Shown one piece after another: positions 10,901 through 25,900 of a stretch of 64,000 bases of DNA. Position 1 is the stretch's first letter, and each line of letters begins with the position of its first letter. The translations under genes were made by a program, and so were the position numbers. The DNA comes from Bilabrum cf. latius. Lineage: Eukaryota. Under the pieces are notes generated by a model. That model searched no databases. It saw only the letters and a program-made list of their open reading frames with translations, and was not told the DNA's origin. The DNA lies in contig OZ237766.1 of NCBI GenBank assembly GCA_965178125.1, forward strand, positions 434,001-498,000. The letters run 5' to 3'.

Positions 10901-13900
10901 GGAAGTGCCTCGCGTGCTGCAGCCGAGCGACGCAGACGGGGTACCAACCAGCCCAGGCAAATTCGTCGACTGCAGCGACTCTCACATCTGCGTCGTGACG
11001 GAAAGCGGCTGTCCGGTATGCTTCGCTGCCACCTCCAACCCGGATGGGGCCACTGTGAGTCACCTGGCAGCAATCAAGGACGCGTTCTCGTGCTGGGACG
11101 GGGACGTGTCTTCTACAGCGTCTGGCTCTTCGGAAGCAGAGGCTGTGGCTGTCAGCAAGCTGACTACGTGCGTGATGGTGGCCAGATCGGCTGGAAATCG
11201 CTTTCGATGCATCGAGGGAGGAGTTGACCACTCCACGGTCACAGAGTTCTCCAATCTGGCCCGCCAGCCCGATCGAATTGCGAGAGAATCGCTCGCCGCC
11301 GACATCTAGCGCACGTTCTTTGTGGATCCGTCGGTTGCTTTCATAGATCAGCGCGAAGAGGACCCATGCAGTCGGGATCCAATGCTGTATCTGCGCCGGC
11401 AAGCCAGCGAGCAGGGACAGAGCACAACGGCCGCCAGCTATGACGCTGCGATAGCCGCCCTGTATGAAGATTCGGTGGCTCTTCTCCAGGCAATGCCTGT
11501 TTGCCCCAGTATTCAGGCAGCAGCAATCACGTTTGCACGAGACCGCTACAACACTGGCGTGGATGGCAGGGTGGGTATGCGGGTCGTCATTCTGCTACCA
11601 AATGCATCCAACGTAGCCAATTGGACCCACGTAGAAGGCACGCGCATTCGCACGATAGCAGATGACGGCAGTGCCGTGAACACATCCAACACGAGCCACC
11701 TACAACTGCCGATCAAGGACATCGAGGTGATGGGAGTTGGAGCGTGGAGGAGCATAGTACGGTTCTCAAATTCCCAGGCAGGTGGCTGTATCGGATGCAC
11801 TGATGATTACCTAGACGCATGGTCTTTTCACGAGATGCGGAGATCGAATGCAAGGAGCAGCAATGTACCGATGCAGGAACTCGACTGGGCGAGCCGCGTC
11901 CTGGGCGGATCATCCATGCGGCAGGCCTTGGATCGGTCGACTTAGCCCTCCGCGAACGTGAATGCATCGACACATGCAGTCGACGTGTGCGGCCCAGCGG
12001 CTGCAATGAGCAGCATCGAAGCAACTTTCATCGCGTAGACCTAGTACAACACGTCGAGCGATTCTCGATGGAGCTTTGCGTTCGATAATGTGCCAATGCT
12101 GTGGGCCGGACAAGAGGCCCTCAGACTTGAGCTGGCTACCGAGACCAAGGTGCGAGTCGTGGGGATTGATTTTATCCGGGTCGATGACTCAGACGACAGT
12201 GGAAGCTTCACTCGGAATAAAGGTGTATCGCCTATCGTCATTGACCCCAGCTCCACCGCCAACTCCAAACTGCGCATTGCGAGCTGTACTGCTCGGTCTG
12301 CAGCCAAGCTGGCTTAGGACCCAGCCAACCCGTCCAAGTACGTGGTCAGACGCAACTACGGCACCACGGGTGCCGCCCTTGTCCTTTCTGGCAGGAACTG
12401 CCACATGCACTCGAACGGAAGCAGGGTATGCTCCTCTCTCGACGAGGACCTCTCAAGAGCAGAGACAGCCGCGCTGGACGTCGTCATGCAGGACGTGAGC
12501 GTGCTGCCCACCTGCGTTGCCATGGACAGCGACGTGCTGCAACGGCCCGACGCGGATGTTCTCCCTTTTGAGATACATGAAGAAGAGCCACTCGTCAGCT
12601 CCTCCCTCCCTCTTCATCGCCTGGGCGTGGCCGCCAATGCTTCGAATCACCAACACGCCCGATGGGCCCTGCTACGAGCTCTAGCCACTCGGGCAGCTCC
12701 AGCCGTAGCAGTGATCGATGGGGCGTCGCGGGTGAGACTTGAGGCATCACTGGTGCTTGATGCCTCTTGGATGGCCCAGCCAATGCAGGTGCTGGCGTTG
12801 CGACGGGTATCACGAGTTGAAATTGCAGACGTCGTGGTGGTCGCCGCACGAACAGGCCTGCCTGCCCTGGGGCGTCGAGGGGACGCCAACATAGGATAGG
12901 CAATGCATGCGGCTGTTCATACTGGCTGTAGTGCTGTGTATAGTGATTGCCACGCTCTTATGCACGGTCTGCTCCTGAAGACCCCACCAGGTCCGAATCC
13001 TCTGGCTCTGGATGACCTGCGAACTTACAACATCACCGAGGGCGGCTAGATCTAGTCGCAGCTTGCGCCGACTTTTGGCAGGACACCACAGCTATCTGGA
13101 TCGCTGTTGGGAGTGTACAATCCCATGGGATCCTTTGAAGCTGAGGAGGCCAGTGTAGATGTTGCCAGATTGATCCTTCTGGACTCAACGGGACTGCAGC
13201 GATTTACATCGACCGAAGACAGGCATACGGAGTCAGTAGGAGCCGCAGTATCTGTGTCAGGTGCCAAAACAACGACCATGACACAGATTCTAACCCTTCG
13301 ATCCAATGTGCCTGTCTGGTGCGGGGTGCGGGAAGGAATGCGAATGGCAGAGGCTGGGGCAGGTGGCAACGAATCGGACTTTGCGGGGCTATCAAGTCCT
13401 TGTGGGGACGAGCAGGGCAGTTTGTTGCGGGTGCATGACGTTGATAGAGTATCTGTCACAGCAGTAACTGACGTGGATCTATCGAATCACGGGAGTATTG
13501 GTGATGACTGGCGGCTCGGTGATGCAGCTAGGATGCTTGATATGGTATCAAGCAATGGTAATGTGACCGTTGGGCGTGCGTTGCTCCCCCCTCGCTTGCT
13601 CGCTTTCCACGACGAATCTGCCTGGGTACGATCTGCGGGCAGAGATGCATTGCACGATGGGAGTCTATTCCCCATGGATGCATCTGCTGCATGGTGGCCG
13701 ACTCTTGCCGGCGCTGGTCGCGTGCTGAGTGGATCCGGCGGGACTATTCCGCTGCAGCCAAGCCGGGAATCGTCCGTGAGAGTTCCATCCAGGCTGACAC
13801 TCGTCAATGTGGCCATAATTAGAGCTAGAAAGGACCGGCTCCTGCCTGATTCTCTGCACTCTTTGGAGTAGCAGGCTCGCGTGATTTATTCTGCAATCTC

Positions 13901-16900
13901 TCAAGGGAATGCTGCCATGTTGGATACCGGATTCGCCAGAATTGCTCCCATTTCACACTTGTGTAGGCCTACGAGCTCGCTGTTGCCGTGCATTGGCAGT
14001 CGATCTGTTCTGTGGGATGCCATGGCTAGGAGAGATGAGATGTTACCGTCCCTCAATGATCAGCAGCTGCACTTGGTGCATTCGTGTGAGAAGACGGCCG
14101 TGGCTGCTCTCCCCGGTGCTGCTGCCGCTGTGACCAGGCTGCCCGACAGAGCAATGGAACTCCGGGCCAAAACATCAACCACATTCGATACATTGAAACA
14201 GCAATAGGACATCCTTTCTGCTTGCGTGGCAGCTGCCGTTGCTCCGCTGACACAGGCGCAGGAACGGTTGCTCAACGAAAGTGCCATTGCCTTGCTTGAG
14301 ATAGCCAGGGCTAGAGCAACTCGAATGCATGCCTCTGGTGGCATTATGTCAATGCGGATGGCGGTGCGTGGCCTTGAAGCAAGCTTGTCTAATGTGGCAG
14401 TCTACAGTCCACTACCATCCATGTGGGACGGGGGCGCCATCGCCATGTCTGCCTACTTGGGCCACGCAGACCCAGCCTACGCCACATCAAGCGCGCGGCT
14501 CGCGGTGACATCAAGTCAATTCTGGAATACTGCAAGCCTGCTAGGCTCTGGAGGGTTGGTGTCAGTGCAGTCGTCTGCAGCATCTATGCAAGACATCGAC
14601 GTTCTGCTGCGAACTTCACAGGTGGAGGGGTGCGTGGCACCGGGAGGTGCGGGAGGGTGCATTGCTGCTGCTCGATCTTCCCACTTTCCATGGACTCTGG
14701 TCAGCTCTGTGACTGTCCGCCCCACACTGACTGTACAAGTTCAGGACAGCACACTAAATCGATGCGCTGCCGGCACACTAGGAGGAGCCGCCGCGATAGT
14801 AGGACTGGATGGTACTGTGGCTTCGATCCAGCTGCGGAGGTCGGAAATCAACGGAGCATATGCCGGGTCTTCTGGCGGAGCTATTGGTGTGCTGCAGTTC
14901 CCTGCAAGTCTGCAGGCAGAAAGTATGCCTCCTGCCATGGCCAGTCAACACCTGGCCCTTGGTCCACTGGGCACGGGCTCTCTCGGTAATGTCACCGAGC
15001 TGCAGTCCATGGTTGAGATCGATGATGCTGCTGAGGCTCTGGGAGTGCAGGGAGGCTTGGCCTTGAGAGTTGTGGATACTATCACGGGACTCATGCAGGC
15101 CAGCTGGGACCCGCTTAACAGCAGCCGCCGGGGCATAGCGGCCTCGAACGGCTGGGGCATTGGTCCTGGTCCAATCATCGATACGCTTCTACGACCCGTT
15201 CCTTAGTCCAGCATTTAGATGGAAGGGTCTAGCATCAGCCACGCATTTGTTGGTAGGCTGGCCTGTGTTGACACAGGCATGGACCAGGACGGAGGTCAGG
15301 CAGTCTGTCCACCCCACTTAGAACCAGACTGGACACACCCGTGTTTGCCCTGGAACCAATCAGCAGCGGACGGAGTGCCCCCGCTAATTGATGCTTACAA
15401 CGGAAGCAACTTGCCCTGGAAGGACGCACTGCCTTCGTGCGGCTCGCTGCCCCAGGCTGTACTGCTACCTGGCATCCTAAGTGGTTCTACTCCAGCTGCC
15501 CATGTACTCGGTGCAAGGATGGGGGGTGCGGTGCTACTGGCGGCGGCTTCCAATGCCTTCGTCAGTATGGATGCAAGCCACCTCAATGGAGCAGGGGCTC
15601 CTCAGTACCGGCAATCAAGCGTATCAAACACCGGTGTGGGCCTTCTGAAAGCGGACTACGACAGCATCCCGGTAGTGCCTGCAAAGGGAGGTGCTATCTC
15701 TGCCATCAAGCTGGCAGGGCGCACCACAGCTGACATGTGGCTCCAGGTAGGAATGTTATCCAGCTGGGCAGGTTTTCACGGTCTCGATGGTATGAAGAAA
15801 CTGCTTAAAGACGCATAGAGTCTCGGTCAGCCGTGCAGAAGCAGCAGCTTTGTGGCAATCAGCGGTTCAGGACCAGCTGGACCGCAGGTCCGTGAGGAGT
15901 TGCAGCGCTTCGTCTCCATTGATGAGTCTACTGCAGTAAGTGATGGTGCAATATTCGCCTTGGCTTCGAATGAATCAACGTCTAGCATCGGTCCCCTGTC
16001 TGTGTTTATCCCAGGGTCAGACGCGTGTCTGCAATTTCAAAACGGAACCTGGTGGACTCAGTTGAATTAGGCGGAGGGGGGCATGGCACCGCAAGCAGAA
16101 GATCTGGCACGCACAGCAATGCAGGCAGCTTTAGCGTGCTCATCACCAACGATTATCCCCAACTGCAACCTAAGCAGCCTAGCCGGCAACATATCAACCC
16201 CCTTTCTTGGCACCAACAGCACTAACGGCACTGCAGGCACGATAGTGCCATTTGACGTGCGACTACGCATTTCTATGTCCAAACTATCGTGTGCGTTGTC
16301 CCGTCAATTGTTTCCGTGGGTATCGAGTGGTCGAGACTCTCATCCCAGCGTGATGGAGTGGATTGCTCTTGTATCCGGCAACTACAGGACGACCGCAACC
16401 CCAGAGGCCGACATAGACCCGACAAAGCCTTTAGTTGCCGTGGTAGTGCGATCTGGATCCACCATACGGAGATGTACTGTGGCAGTATCGCCGGGCACAC
16501 GGTCCGCGACAGTGTCAGGGGGTGGAGCCCTCTACTCCCAGGGTGCCAGCGTGATGCTGCTGGACGGGGTCATACTGGAGAGGGGGACATCTGGTGGCGC
16601 AGGCGGACTAGTTCTGACATCGAAGTCTAGTCTGACAATTGCAGGGGCGTCCATTGGTGCGGGGCTGGCTTTGGATGGCTTTGGCGGGTGTGTCGCTCTC
16701 ACAGACGATGACAGCGGGATCTCTGTGCTCCGTGACGGCGGAACACTGCACGGGTGCGGAGCCTTTAAGGCAAATGGTGGGGTCTTGTAGCATGCCCCTG
16801 GAGACGGGCAATTCGGTGGCGGGTGTCTTGCGTCAGTGCGTTCAAGCATGCAGCTCGGGCCGAATGCAAGGCTTAGCGGGTGTAGGGCCAGCAGCATGGG

Positions 16901-19900
16901 AGGCGCGTGGATGCACATTGGCGACCAGGCGCGGGCCGTGGTGGTTGGCCCTGCTGCATTGCACGACGGTATGGTACTGGCGGAGGAATATGACGCACCT
17001 TCCCTTCAGCGAGGTGTGCTCAATCTGACCCATGTGAAGACTACAGCTGCAACAGTGCCAAGGCAGGCGCTTGCGCCGCTGGATCTGCAACATATCCTGC
17101 CTGGAGGAGGCCTTTTAGCGGCTTCGTCGGCGCTTAGCCTCAATACGTCTCAGTGCAGGCCAAAAGGCACGTGCTCTTTTTCACATGGAGGGGTGTTTGG
17201 GTTTCCATGGGGGCGAGGCGGGTGCGTGATGGCAGACAGCATGGCACAGCTTGAGATTCGAGGACTGGGCATTGGGAACTGCGAATTGGCTGAGGGTCTC
17301 GATCCTGACAGGAAACCTGTTCTAGGTGGACAAGGTGGCGCGCTGTCGGTGTCACGAATGCGGTCATCGGATGCGTTGTACATTCCTGCTGTGGTTGAGG
17401 ACCTATTGATTGAGCACGCCAGTGCCAGGGTAGGTGCTGCTGTGTCTGTGGACGTCCGGTCCCCGACAGAGGCACAGCTGTCCCAATTGGTTGCATTAGG
17501 CCTTGAGGCAGAGGCTGGGGCGGTCCTGTACTACCCGGATCCTGCAGCAGCAGGAACACCTCCCGCACTTACAACCGCTCAGAACAGTACTAGCAGTGAT
17601 CAAAACTAGCAGTGCATCGGTGTCTCTACTGGACTTGCCAATGCTGAAGCTATATGGCAGTCACGTAGCTGCGAGGGCGGTAGGGCAGCCCAGGCAGCAT
17701 GCGATAGCTGTCAGCTCGATTCGGCATTTGGGCCTGATACGTTCGGGATGGGTGCTGTAGACTCACCAGGACTGCTACCATGGCTGATCCGCCTAGTTAG
17801 TGCACCGTCCAGCAGTTCAACTGCTGTGAATGCGTCTGCCATGCGCATGCCTGATAGTAAATGGCGGCAACTGCGTCCATTTGGCTCAGGCATGCGGCGA
17901 CTGGAGGCGCAGTACGTGCTGCGCACTGCAGATACTGAAGCCGGGGTACTGCAGGCAGCCACCCCATTCCTCCCTGGCCTTGAGACTCAGGACTCCATTC
18001 TAGTGGCAGCCCTCCTTGATGCATTCTCAATGCCTCTTGGAGGCTCTGAGAGCCAAAGGTATGGAGTCACGTGCAGCGTGGCGGCAACGTAGGGGCTATC
18101 CACGGACGGCTTGGCTGCAATTCTTCCGGTGGACTCCAGCCGGTCCTATGCCCCGGGGCTAACAACGGGACTGGTTGACGTCCGTCCCTTTGGGCTGCTA
18201 TCCAGCATGGGTCAATTGGCGCGGTTAGCTATAGGATGCTAGAGTAGCGTGCTCGGAGTTTCTTCAGAACCAGTGGTGGTGCTGGCTCGAATGGCGACTG
18301 TGAAGGCCAGTTTAGGTCTTGTCACTAACGATACCAGTGGGTCTACAAGGCCTTCAGGCATGATCTTGCCAGCAACTGCAGAAGGCAGTTCCTAGCTTGA
18401 GATGATTGGGACTGGGCTAGGGAGCAGCTGCGGGGGTGTGCCACTATCTAGAGCAGGCAACACATCCTCTGCGGCGCCCTACCTGCACGTACGGCTGCTT
18501 TCGGATGCCTCTGGTCCAGCAGGGGTATTTGATCTGCCGGTGCAGAAGGCCGACATCCCGTGCACAGTGCGACTGCTTGATCAACAGCCAGCTAGCGGAC
18601 TGTTGGCGGGAGGGCTTCTCCTTTCATCGTCAACGGCAGCCAACGCCGATGTGTAGCTCAGGGGAGCCACATGCGCCGTATCAGTTGCTGACGGAACCAT
18701 TCGATTTCCCGCCATAGAGCCGCAAGTCGCGTATGGGGCGTCTAGCATACTGCTGGGGGCCACGATTCCCTTCGGCTGGGAGGCAGATGTGAGCGCCCAA
18801 TGCCAGTGGCCCAGTCCATCAGAGCAGTTCGCAGAGGTGCAGCGAGTGCGGGTGAGGACGCCTGTGGTGGCTTGGGCGATTAAGGCCTGGGACAGCGCGT
18901 CTATCAGTAACAGCTCGATGATAAGCCAACTATCAGAAGTGGAGCTGAGCGAAAAAGTCAAGCAAAGGCTAGTTGCCGAAGGGTATGACAGCCCAACGAG
19001 ATGGCTTATGCCTTGGCGACTTGCCAGCGCAGTGCACACAGGTGATGAGGCTGTGTGGTACCCGCCCCACCCGCTGGCTCCAATCATCAAGCGGGACTAC
19101 GTGGGGCCAACGAGCTCCGCCGTGCTACCATTCACATAGATAGTACTAGATGGCTCGGTATCACGGCCGTCCTGGCCCTGCGCCATGCCCAGCACGTCGT
19201 CATCCGAGGACGGAGTGCAGCCTCTGCAGCCACCGCCGGAGGTGGTGCTGGAGGTGCACGGTATATCCGCCCACCACTTGCACACATACTCGCCAACTGT
19301 GTCATGCACGCTGCAGGTTGATGCGTGGGCTCCTTGGGTGATAAACGTCGATACGGATGCTGGTGATTCAACGCAGGCCCCTCGATTGGTGGGCAACTCA
19401 ACTTGGAGCGGCACGTTGGAGTGGTCTAATCCATCTAAAAATGATGCAAGCATCAACGGTAGCATCATCACGCCAAGGGAATAGATATCACGCATAGAGG
19501 AGGAGGTATCGCAGGGAGCGTGGTCCACAGATGCTTTAGGCCCAGGGAGTGACGGACTGCAAGAAGCCGTTTTGCAGGCGCAGGGAGCCGCGAATGCAAC
19601 TGCTCAATTGCCTGCCACACGTGCTTTGGCTCGGATGCACTTTCCGTTCGTAGGTATCTTGGGCGCGGTTGCGGGTCACTCTGTGGTGCTGGGTGCCAGG
19701 TGCACGTGGGGAGGCAGGTACGACGTGATGCGGGCACCGGCAGGAGCCAGACCGTTGCTCCGAGTTGATTCTACAGTGATTGCTTGGGCCATCAGGGCGT
19801 GGGATTCCTCTGACGGTCATGCAGATCATTTCCGTACGTAGATCAATGCGGACGCCGCGTCCAGAATCGTTCGCCAAGGTTTTGCTATGCCAGAGGATTG

Positions 19901-22900
19901 GCTGCAGCCTTGGATTCTCGTGTCGTCAGCAGCTGGAGATTCCGACACGCTGTGGACGCCTCCGCACCCGCTGGTCCCGCTCATCACCTCGGCAGCGGCA
20001 GAGGCGAGCCAACAGGGCGTACCTGTGGCAGCTTTGCCGTTCCTGGACCCCGTGCCCGCAGATGCGGTATCACTACCATCCTGGCCTTCCGCCTTGCCCA
20101 GCACATCAACCAGTGATGCGGGGGTATAGCCTCTGCAGCCGCCGCCGGAGGTGGTGCTGGAGGTGCCTGGTATCTCCGCATCGCGCCTGTCCAGAAGCTC
20201 CATGGACATATCATGCACGCTGCAGGTCGAGGCATGGGCTCCCTGGAAGGCAGGTAACGCCGCCGATGCTGCAGCGTCGGGAAGCTTGCAGTCGCCGAGA
20301 CTGGTGGGCAATGTGACGTGGCGTGGTCACGCTGACTGGGTTGATCCAGGCCCCGGCACGATGAATGGTAGTATCCTTGGCGGCACATCGTCCCACGTGG
20401 CATTGGATGTCGAGGATGCCGCCGGGGCGTGGGATGAGGCCCGTCTAGGACCCGGAGCTGCAGGCCTGGCTGCCGCTCGAGAGGAGCTGCGGACCGTGAG
20501 CAGCACGGTAGCTGTTCTTCCTGCAAGGCGTGCTCTGGCTCGGATCAGGTTCCCGTTTGTGGGGATCGCAGGCATTGGCTCGTCAGCATCCGTGGTGCTG
20601 GGTGCCAGGTGCACGTGGGGAGGCAGGTACGACGTGATGCGGGCACCGGCCGGATCACGGCCGCTGTTGCGTGCAGACGTGCTACCCATCCACGTGCAGC
20701 TGGATCGCGAGGCCATGGCAGAGCAAGCGATGGAGGGTCTGTCTATGCAGACCCGAAGCACCGCCACTGCTCCTGCATCCACCAGCAGCCAGGAGCCCGT
20801 GGTGGTGCTGGCCCCATGGTCGGACACCACGGGCGATGACCCGCCGCCGGTGGGGCAGGATGTCGTGGGTCATCTGCTGCCAGGGAAGCAGGTGCTGGAG
20901 ATGGTGCCGGCACCTGCCGTAATGATGCACAGTCGATCGCCATTCGCGGGATTGTTGCAAGTGGGTATACCGGACAGCAATCATTCCGCATGGATTCCCG
21001 ATGATACCCGACTAGACGCCCGACAGGCCAGCAAGGTGCTGTCATTCGTGCGACTGGCGGCGGTATCCCGGTCTACCGCAGCATCTCGATGGCCCGCAGG
21101 CCTGCAGTATCCTCGGCTAGTGACCGATCGAGCTGCCACTGACGATCGCCTGCCCGTTCCGGCAGACGATATGGTCCTGGTGAATGCTACGAAGAGCAGA
21201 GACTTGCGTGAGTGCGGTCGGTCCGGGATGTGGTGCACGTCCTTCCGCGGCGTAGGACTGGCCATGGGCAGACGGGACGACGCATCGGACGCCCTGCATC
21301 GAGGCGGTGCCGCGTATCTGCGTTTCGAGGTCCGGTGGATCACGGGCGATGGCTTCTCGCAGGTGCTAGAGGATGCCACGGAGACGGATCTGCTAGCCGT
21401 GGTGCCTCCCACTGTGGTGCGATGGCGGGTGGCAGACAGGCCGCGAGTGGGCCGATACGATGCATGGGTGGATGTGGCGCACGAACTGCTGACCACATCG
21501 AACGGGCATGGCGCCGGGCAGGGCACAAGCGAAGTGGTGCAGGCAGTGGCTATGCCGAGCGTGGACAGGAGCTTCATCCTCAGCGGCCAGGCCCCGGACC
21601 TCGTGCTGAACAACCCCGAGCTGCAGGCAGCCCAGCCCACCCCCGAGGTGGTGGTGACCCTGGTGCTGCCTTGCAACGTGACGGACCGCTGGCCCGGACT
21701 GCCAATCGATGCAGCAGTCTATGGACAGGTGGCATCTGCGGTGACCTGCCGATCGGACGCACCAGCAGACATCGCAGAGGCGGAGGATGTCGCTGCCCGT
21801 CTGCTCCTACGGCATCGGCAGCTTGGATCTATGGGATCGTGGGTCTCGCTGCAAGGGGGGCAGGACTGGTGCGCTGCGGATGGCCGCATGCGGTGCAGTC
21901 TGGTCCGCCTGTCCACGGTGAAATCAGATGCCCCGGACGAGCCAGCTGCGGGCAAGCTTGTGGGCTGGACGCAGACGTACACGCGTACACTGAATGAGAC
22001 TGCATGGATAGCGGATGTGCTGGCAGCGGGCCAGGGAGTCGGATCGGCGCTTCGTGGATTGTCGTGTGGGGGTGGGTGGGGCCTGCCGTCTATCGCCCAT
22101 GTGCACTCTCTTGGAGTTGCTGCGGACTTTGGCACAATGACGCATGTGGATGCTCTGTGCGACTGGCTGACGACAGGAACCATCCGATCGCAAGATGGAC
22201 CAGACAACTAGCACTTGCGCATCGATATTTCGATTGCTGTTTGGGCCATCAGGGCGTGGGATTCCTCTGACGGTCATGCAGATCATTTCCGTACGTAGAT
22301 CAATGCGGACGCCGCGTCCAGAATCGTTCGCCAAGGTTTTGCTATGCCAGAGGATTGGCTGCAGCCTTGGATTCTCGTGTCGTCAGCAGCTGGAGATTCC
22401 GACACGCTGTGGACGCCTCCGCACCCGCTGGTCCCGCTCATCACCTCGGCAGCGGCAGAGGCGAGCCAACAGGGCGTACCTGTGGCAGCTTTGCCGTTCC
22501 TGGACCCCGTGCCCGCAGATGCGGTATCACTTCCATCCTGGCCTTCCGCCCTGCCCAGCACATCAACCAGTGATGCGGGGGTATAGCCTCTGCAGCCGCC
22601 GCCGGAGGTGGTGCTGGAGGTGCCTGGTATCCCCGCATCGCGCCTGTCCAGAAGCTCCATGGACATATCATGCACGCTGCAGGTCGAGGCATGGGCTCCC
22701 TGGAAGGCAGGTAACGCCGCCGATGCCGCAGCGTCGGGAAGCTTGCAGTCGCCGAGACTGGTGGGCAATGTGACGTGGCGTGGTCACGCTGACTGGGTTG
22801 ATCCAGGCCCCGGCACGATGAATGGTAGTATCCTTGGCGGCACATCGTCCCACGTGGCATTGGATGCCGAGGATGCCGCCGGGGCGTGGGATGAGGCCCG

Positions 22901-25900
22901 TCTAGGACCTGGACCTGCAGGCCTGGCTGCCGCTCGAGAGGAGCTGCGGACCGTGAGCAGCACGGTAGCTGTTCTTCCTGCAAGGCGTGCTCTGGCTCGG
23001 ATCAGGTTCCCGTTTGTGGGGATCGCAGGCATTGGCTCGTCAGCATCCGTGGTGCTGGGTGCCAGGTGCACGTGGGGAGGCAGGTACGACGTGATGCGGG
23101 CACCGGCCGGATCACGGCCGCTGTTGCGTGCAGACGTGCTACCCATCCACGTGCAGCTGGATCGCGAGGCCATGGCAGAGCAAGCGATGGAGGGTCTGTC
23201 TATGCAGACCCGAAGCACCGCCACTGCTCCTGCATCCACCAGCAGCCAGGAGCCCGTGGTGGTGCTGGCCCCATGGTCGGACACCACGGGCGATGACCCG
23301 CCGCCGGTGGGGCAGGATGTCGTGGGTCATCTGCTGCCAGGGAAGCAGGTGCTGGAGATGGTGCCGGCACCTGCCGTAATGATGCACAGTCGATCGCCAT
23401 TCGCGGGATTGTTGCAAGTGGGTATACCGGACAGCAATCATTCCGCATGGATTCCCGATGATACCCGACTAGACGCCCGACAGGCCAGCAAGGTGCTGTC
23501 ATTCGTGCGACTGGCGGCGGTATCCCGGTCTACCGCAGCATCTCGATGGCCCGCAGGCCTGCAGTATCCTCGGCTAGTGACCGATCGAGCTGCCACTGAC
23601 GATCGCCTGCCCGTTCCGGCAGACGATATGGTCCTGGTGAATGCTACGAAGAGCAGAGACTTGCGTGAGTGCGGTCGGTCCGGGATGTGGTGCACGTCCT
23701 TCCGCGGCGTAGGACTGGCCATGGGCAGACGGGACGACGCATCGGACGCCCTGCATCGAGGCGGTGCCGCGTATCTGCGTTTCGAGGTCCGGTGGATCAC
23801 GGGCGATGGCTTCTCGCAGGTGCTAGAGGATGCCACGGAGACGGATCTGCTAGCCGTGGTGCCTCCCACTGTGGTGCGATGGCGGGTGGCAGACAGGCCG
23901 CGAGTGGGCCGATACGATGCATGGGTGGATGTGGCGCACGAACTGCTGACCACATCGAACGGGCATGGCGCCGGGCAGGGCACAAGCGAAGTGGTGCAGG
24001 CAGTGGCTATGCCGAGCGTGGACAGGAGCTTCATCCTCAGCGGCCAGGCCCCGGACCTCGTGCTGAACAACCCCGAGCTGCAGGCAGCCCAGCCCACCCC
24101 CGAGGTGGTGGTGACCCTGGTGCTGCCTTGCAACGTGACGGACCGCTGGCCCGGACTGCCAATCGATGCAGCAGTCTATGGACAGGTGGCATCTGCGGTG
24201 ACCTGCCGATCGGACGCACCAGCAGACATCGCAGAGGCGGAGGATGTCGCTGCCCGTCTGCTCCTACGGCATCGGCAGCTTGGATCTATGGGATCGTGGG
24301 TCTCGCTGCAAGGGGGGCAGGACTGGTGCGCTGCGGATGGCCGCATGCGGTGCAGTCTGGTCCGCCTGTCCACGGTGAAATCAGATGCCCCGGACGAGCC
24401 AGCTGCGGGCAAGCTTGTGGGCTGGACGCAGACGTACACGCGTACACTGAATGAGACTGCATGGATAGCGGATGTGCTGGCAGCGGGCCAGGGAGTCGGA
24501 TCGGCGCTTCGTGGATTGTCGTGTGGAGGTGGGTGGGGCCTGCCGTCTATCGCCCATGTGCACTCTCTTGGAGTTGCTGCGGACTTTGGCACAATGACGC
24601 ATGTGGATGCTCTGTGCGACTGGCTGACGACAGGAACCATCCGATCGCAGGATGGACCAGACAACTAGCAATTTGGCCTAAGCCTCGGGTTGGGCAACGG
24701 CATGCCAGTCGGATCAATGCTGGAGGTTGTAATGAGCGAGGTCAAGGTGCGATGGACTCCTGTGGAATGTGTTGATGTATCGCCGTCACTTGCCCTGACG
24801 TGCCCCGAGACTGATCCTGCGGCCACAAGGGCTGCCCTTGGCCTTGCAGATCCGTAGGTGCAGGAACAAAGTCCGCTGCGGGTACTGTATGGCGACACAC
24901 ATGTAGTGGCAGTCGAATTGTTCAAGCAGTCGCTGGATGGCGAAGAGCTCCCGCTCTCGCGGTCGGAGGCATCTGGTACAACCTGCACCTTGAGCGTGGA
25001 GGGTGCATCGGCCAGCGGGGATGTAGCCAGACTGAAAGGGGGAGCAGCAGTTACCGTTTCACGGCCTGTAGTCCGCTCTGCGGCTGACGGGGGACAGGCC
25101 GTGGCCACAATGTGTCTGCAGCTGCTGGCAGAGGAAGGCACGGAGGCGCGGCTGTTCGTGCAATGCGAGCTGGCTGGTCGCTCCGTCGTCTCACAACCCC
25201 TGCACGTGCAGGTCCCCAACTTGCGCATTAGCAACTTACAGGCCATGGGTACGATCACTAAACCGAGCACGCCACAGAATCCCTTGCCTCTGCGTCCGGC
25301 AGGCGCTGTCAGCCTGAAGGATGCACTGGGAGGAGCCAAGCCGGTGCCCTCCCAGTGCGTAGTAAGGCTACTGGACGATGTATTCAGGAGCTGGACCAGG
25401 CCTAGTCGGCATGATGGGTCACCAGATGCAACCGAGGTACAACCCGCACTTCTTGTACCACCAGCGACGGGATATGAGCCCACGATTGACCTTGACACAG
25501 AGGACCTGCAGCTGGATAGGCGACGTGTCCGGATGGAGCAGCTCGGCATGGATCCTGACAACTAGCACGCCTCGACGCTTGCGGGTGTGCCGATGCTACC
25601 TTCTCGTCTCCTGCTGCCCAGCATCAATGCCATGGACGCAGCTGCTCAGCAGTAGGTACTGGATTTAGGTGGTGTGATCCCAATCGATCGAGTGGTGCTG
25701 CAGGCAGACTACGGCATGTCGCTGAATCTGGAAATCGAGTGCACCAGGGCGCAGGGAGGAGAGCCCGTGATACAAGCCGTGCAAGTGCACATGAAGGGAG
25801 AGGTCGGTAGGTGGCTGCAACAACCACCTCCATCTGTCTCATCCTAGGACCCCTTCTATATGGCAATTGAGGTGGTGACGGTTTGGGACGGACAGCAGGT

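Noticed and set aside
19784-24670. Duplication interpreted as LTRs or a mobile element
   Set aside because: The copies are adjacent, in frame and fully coding, with no enclosed RT, integrase or transposase sequence.
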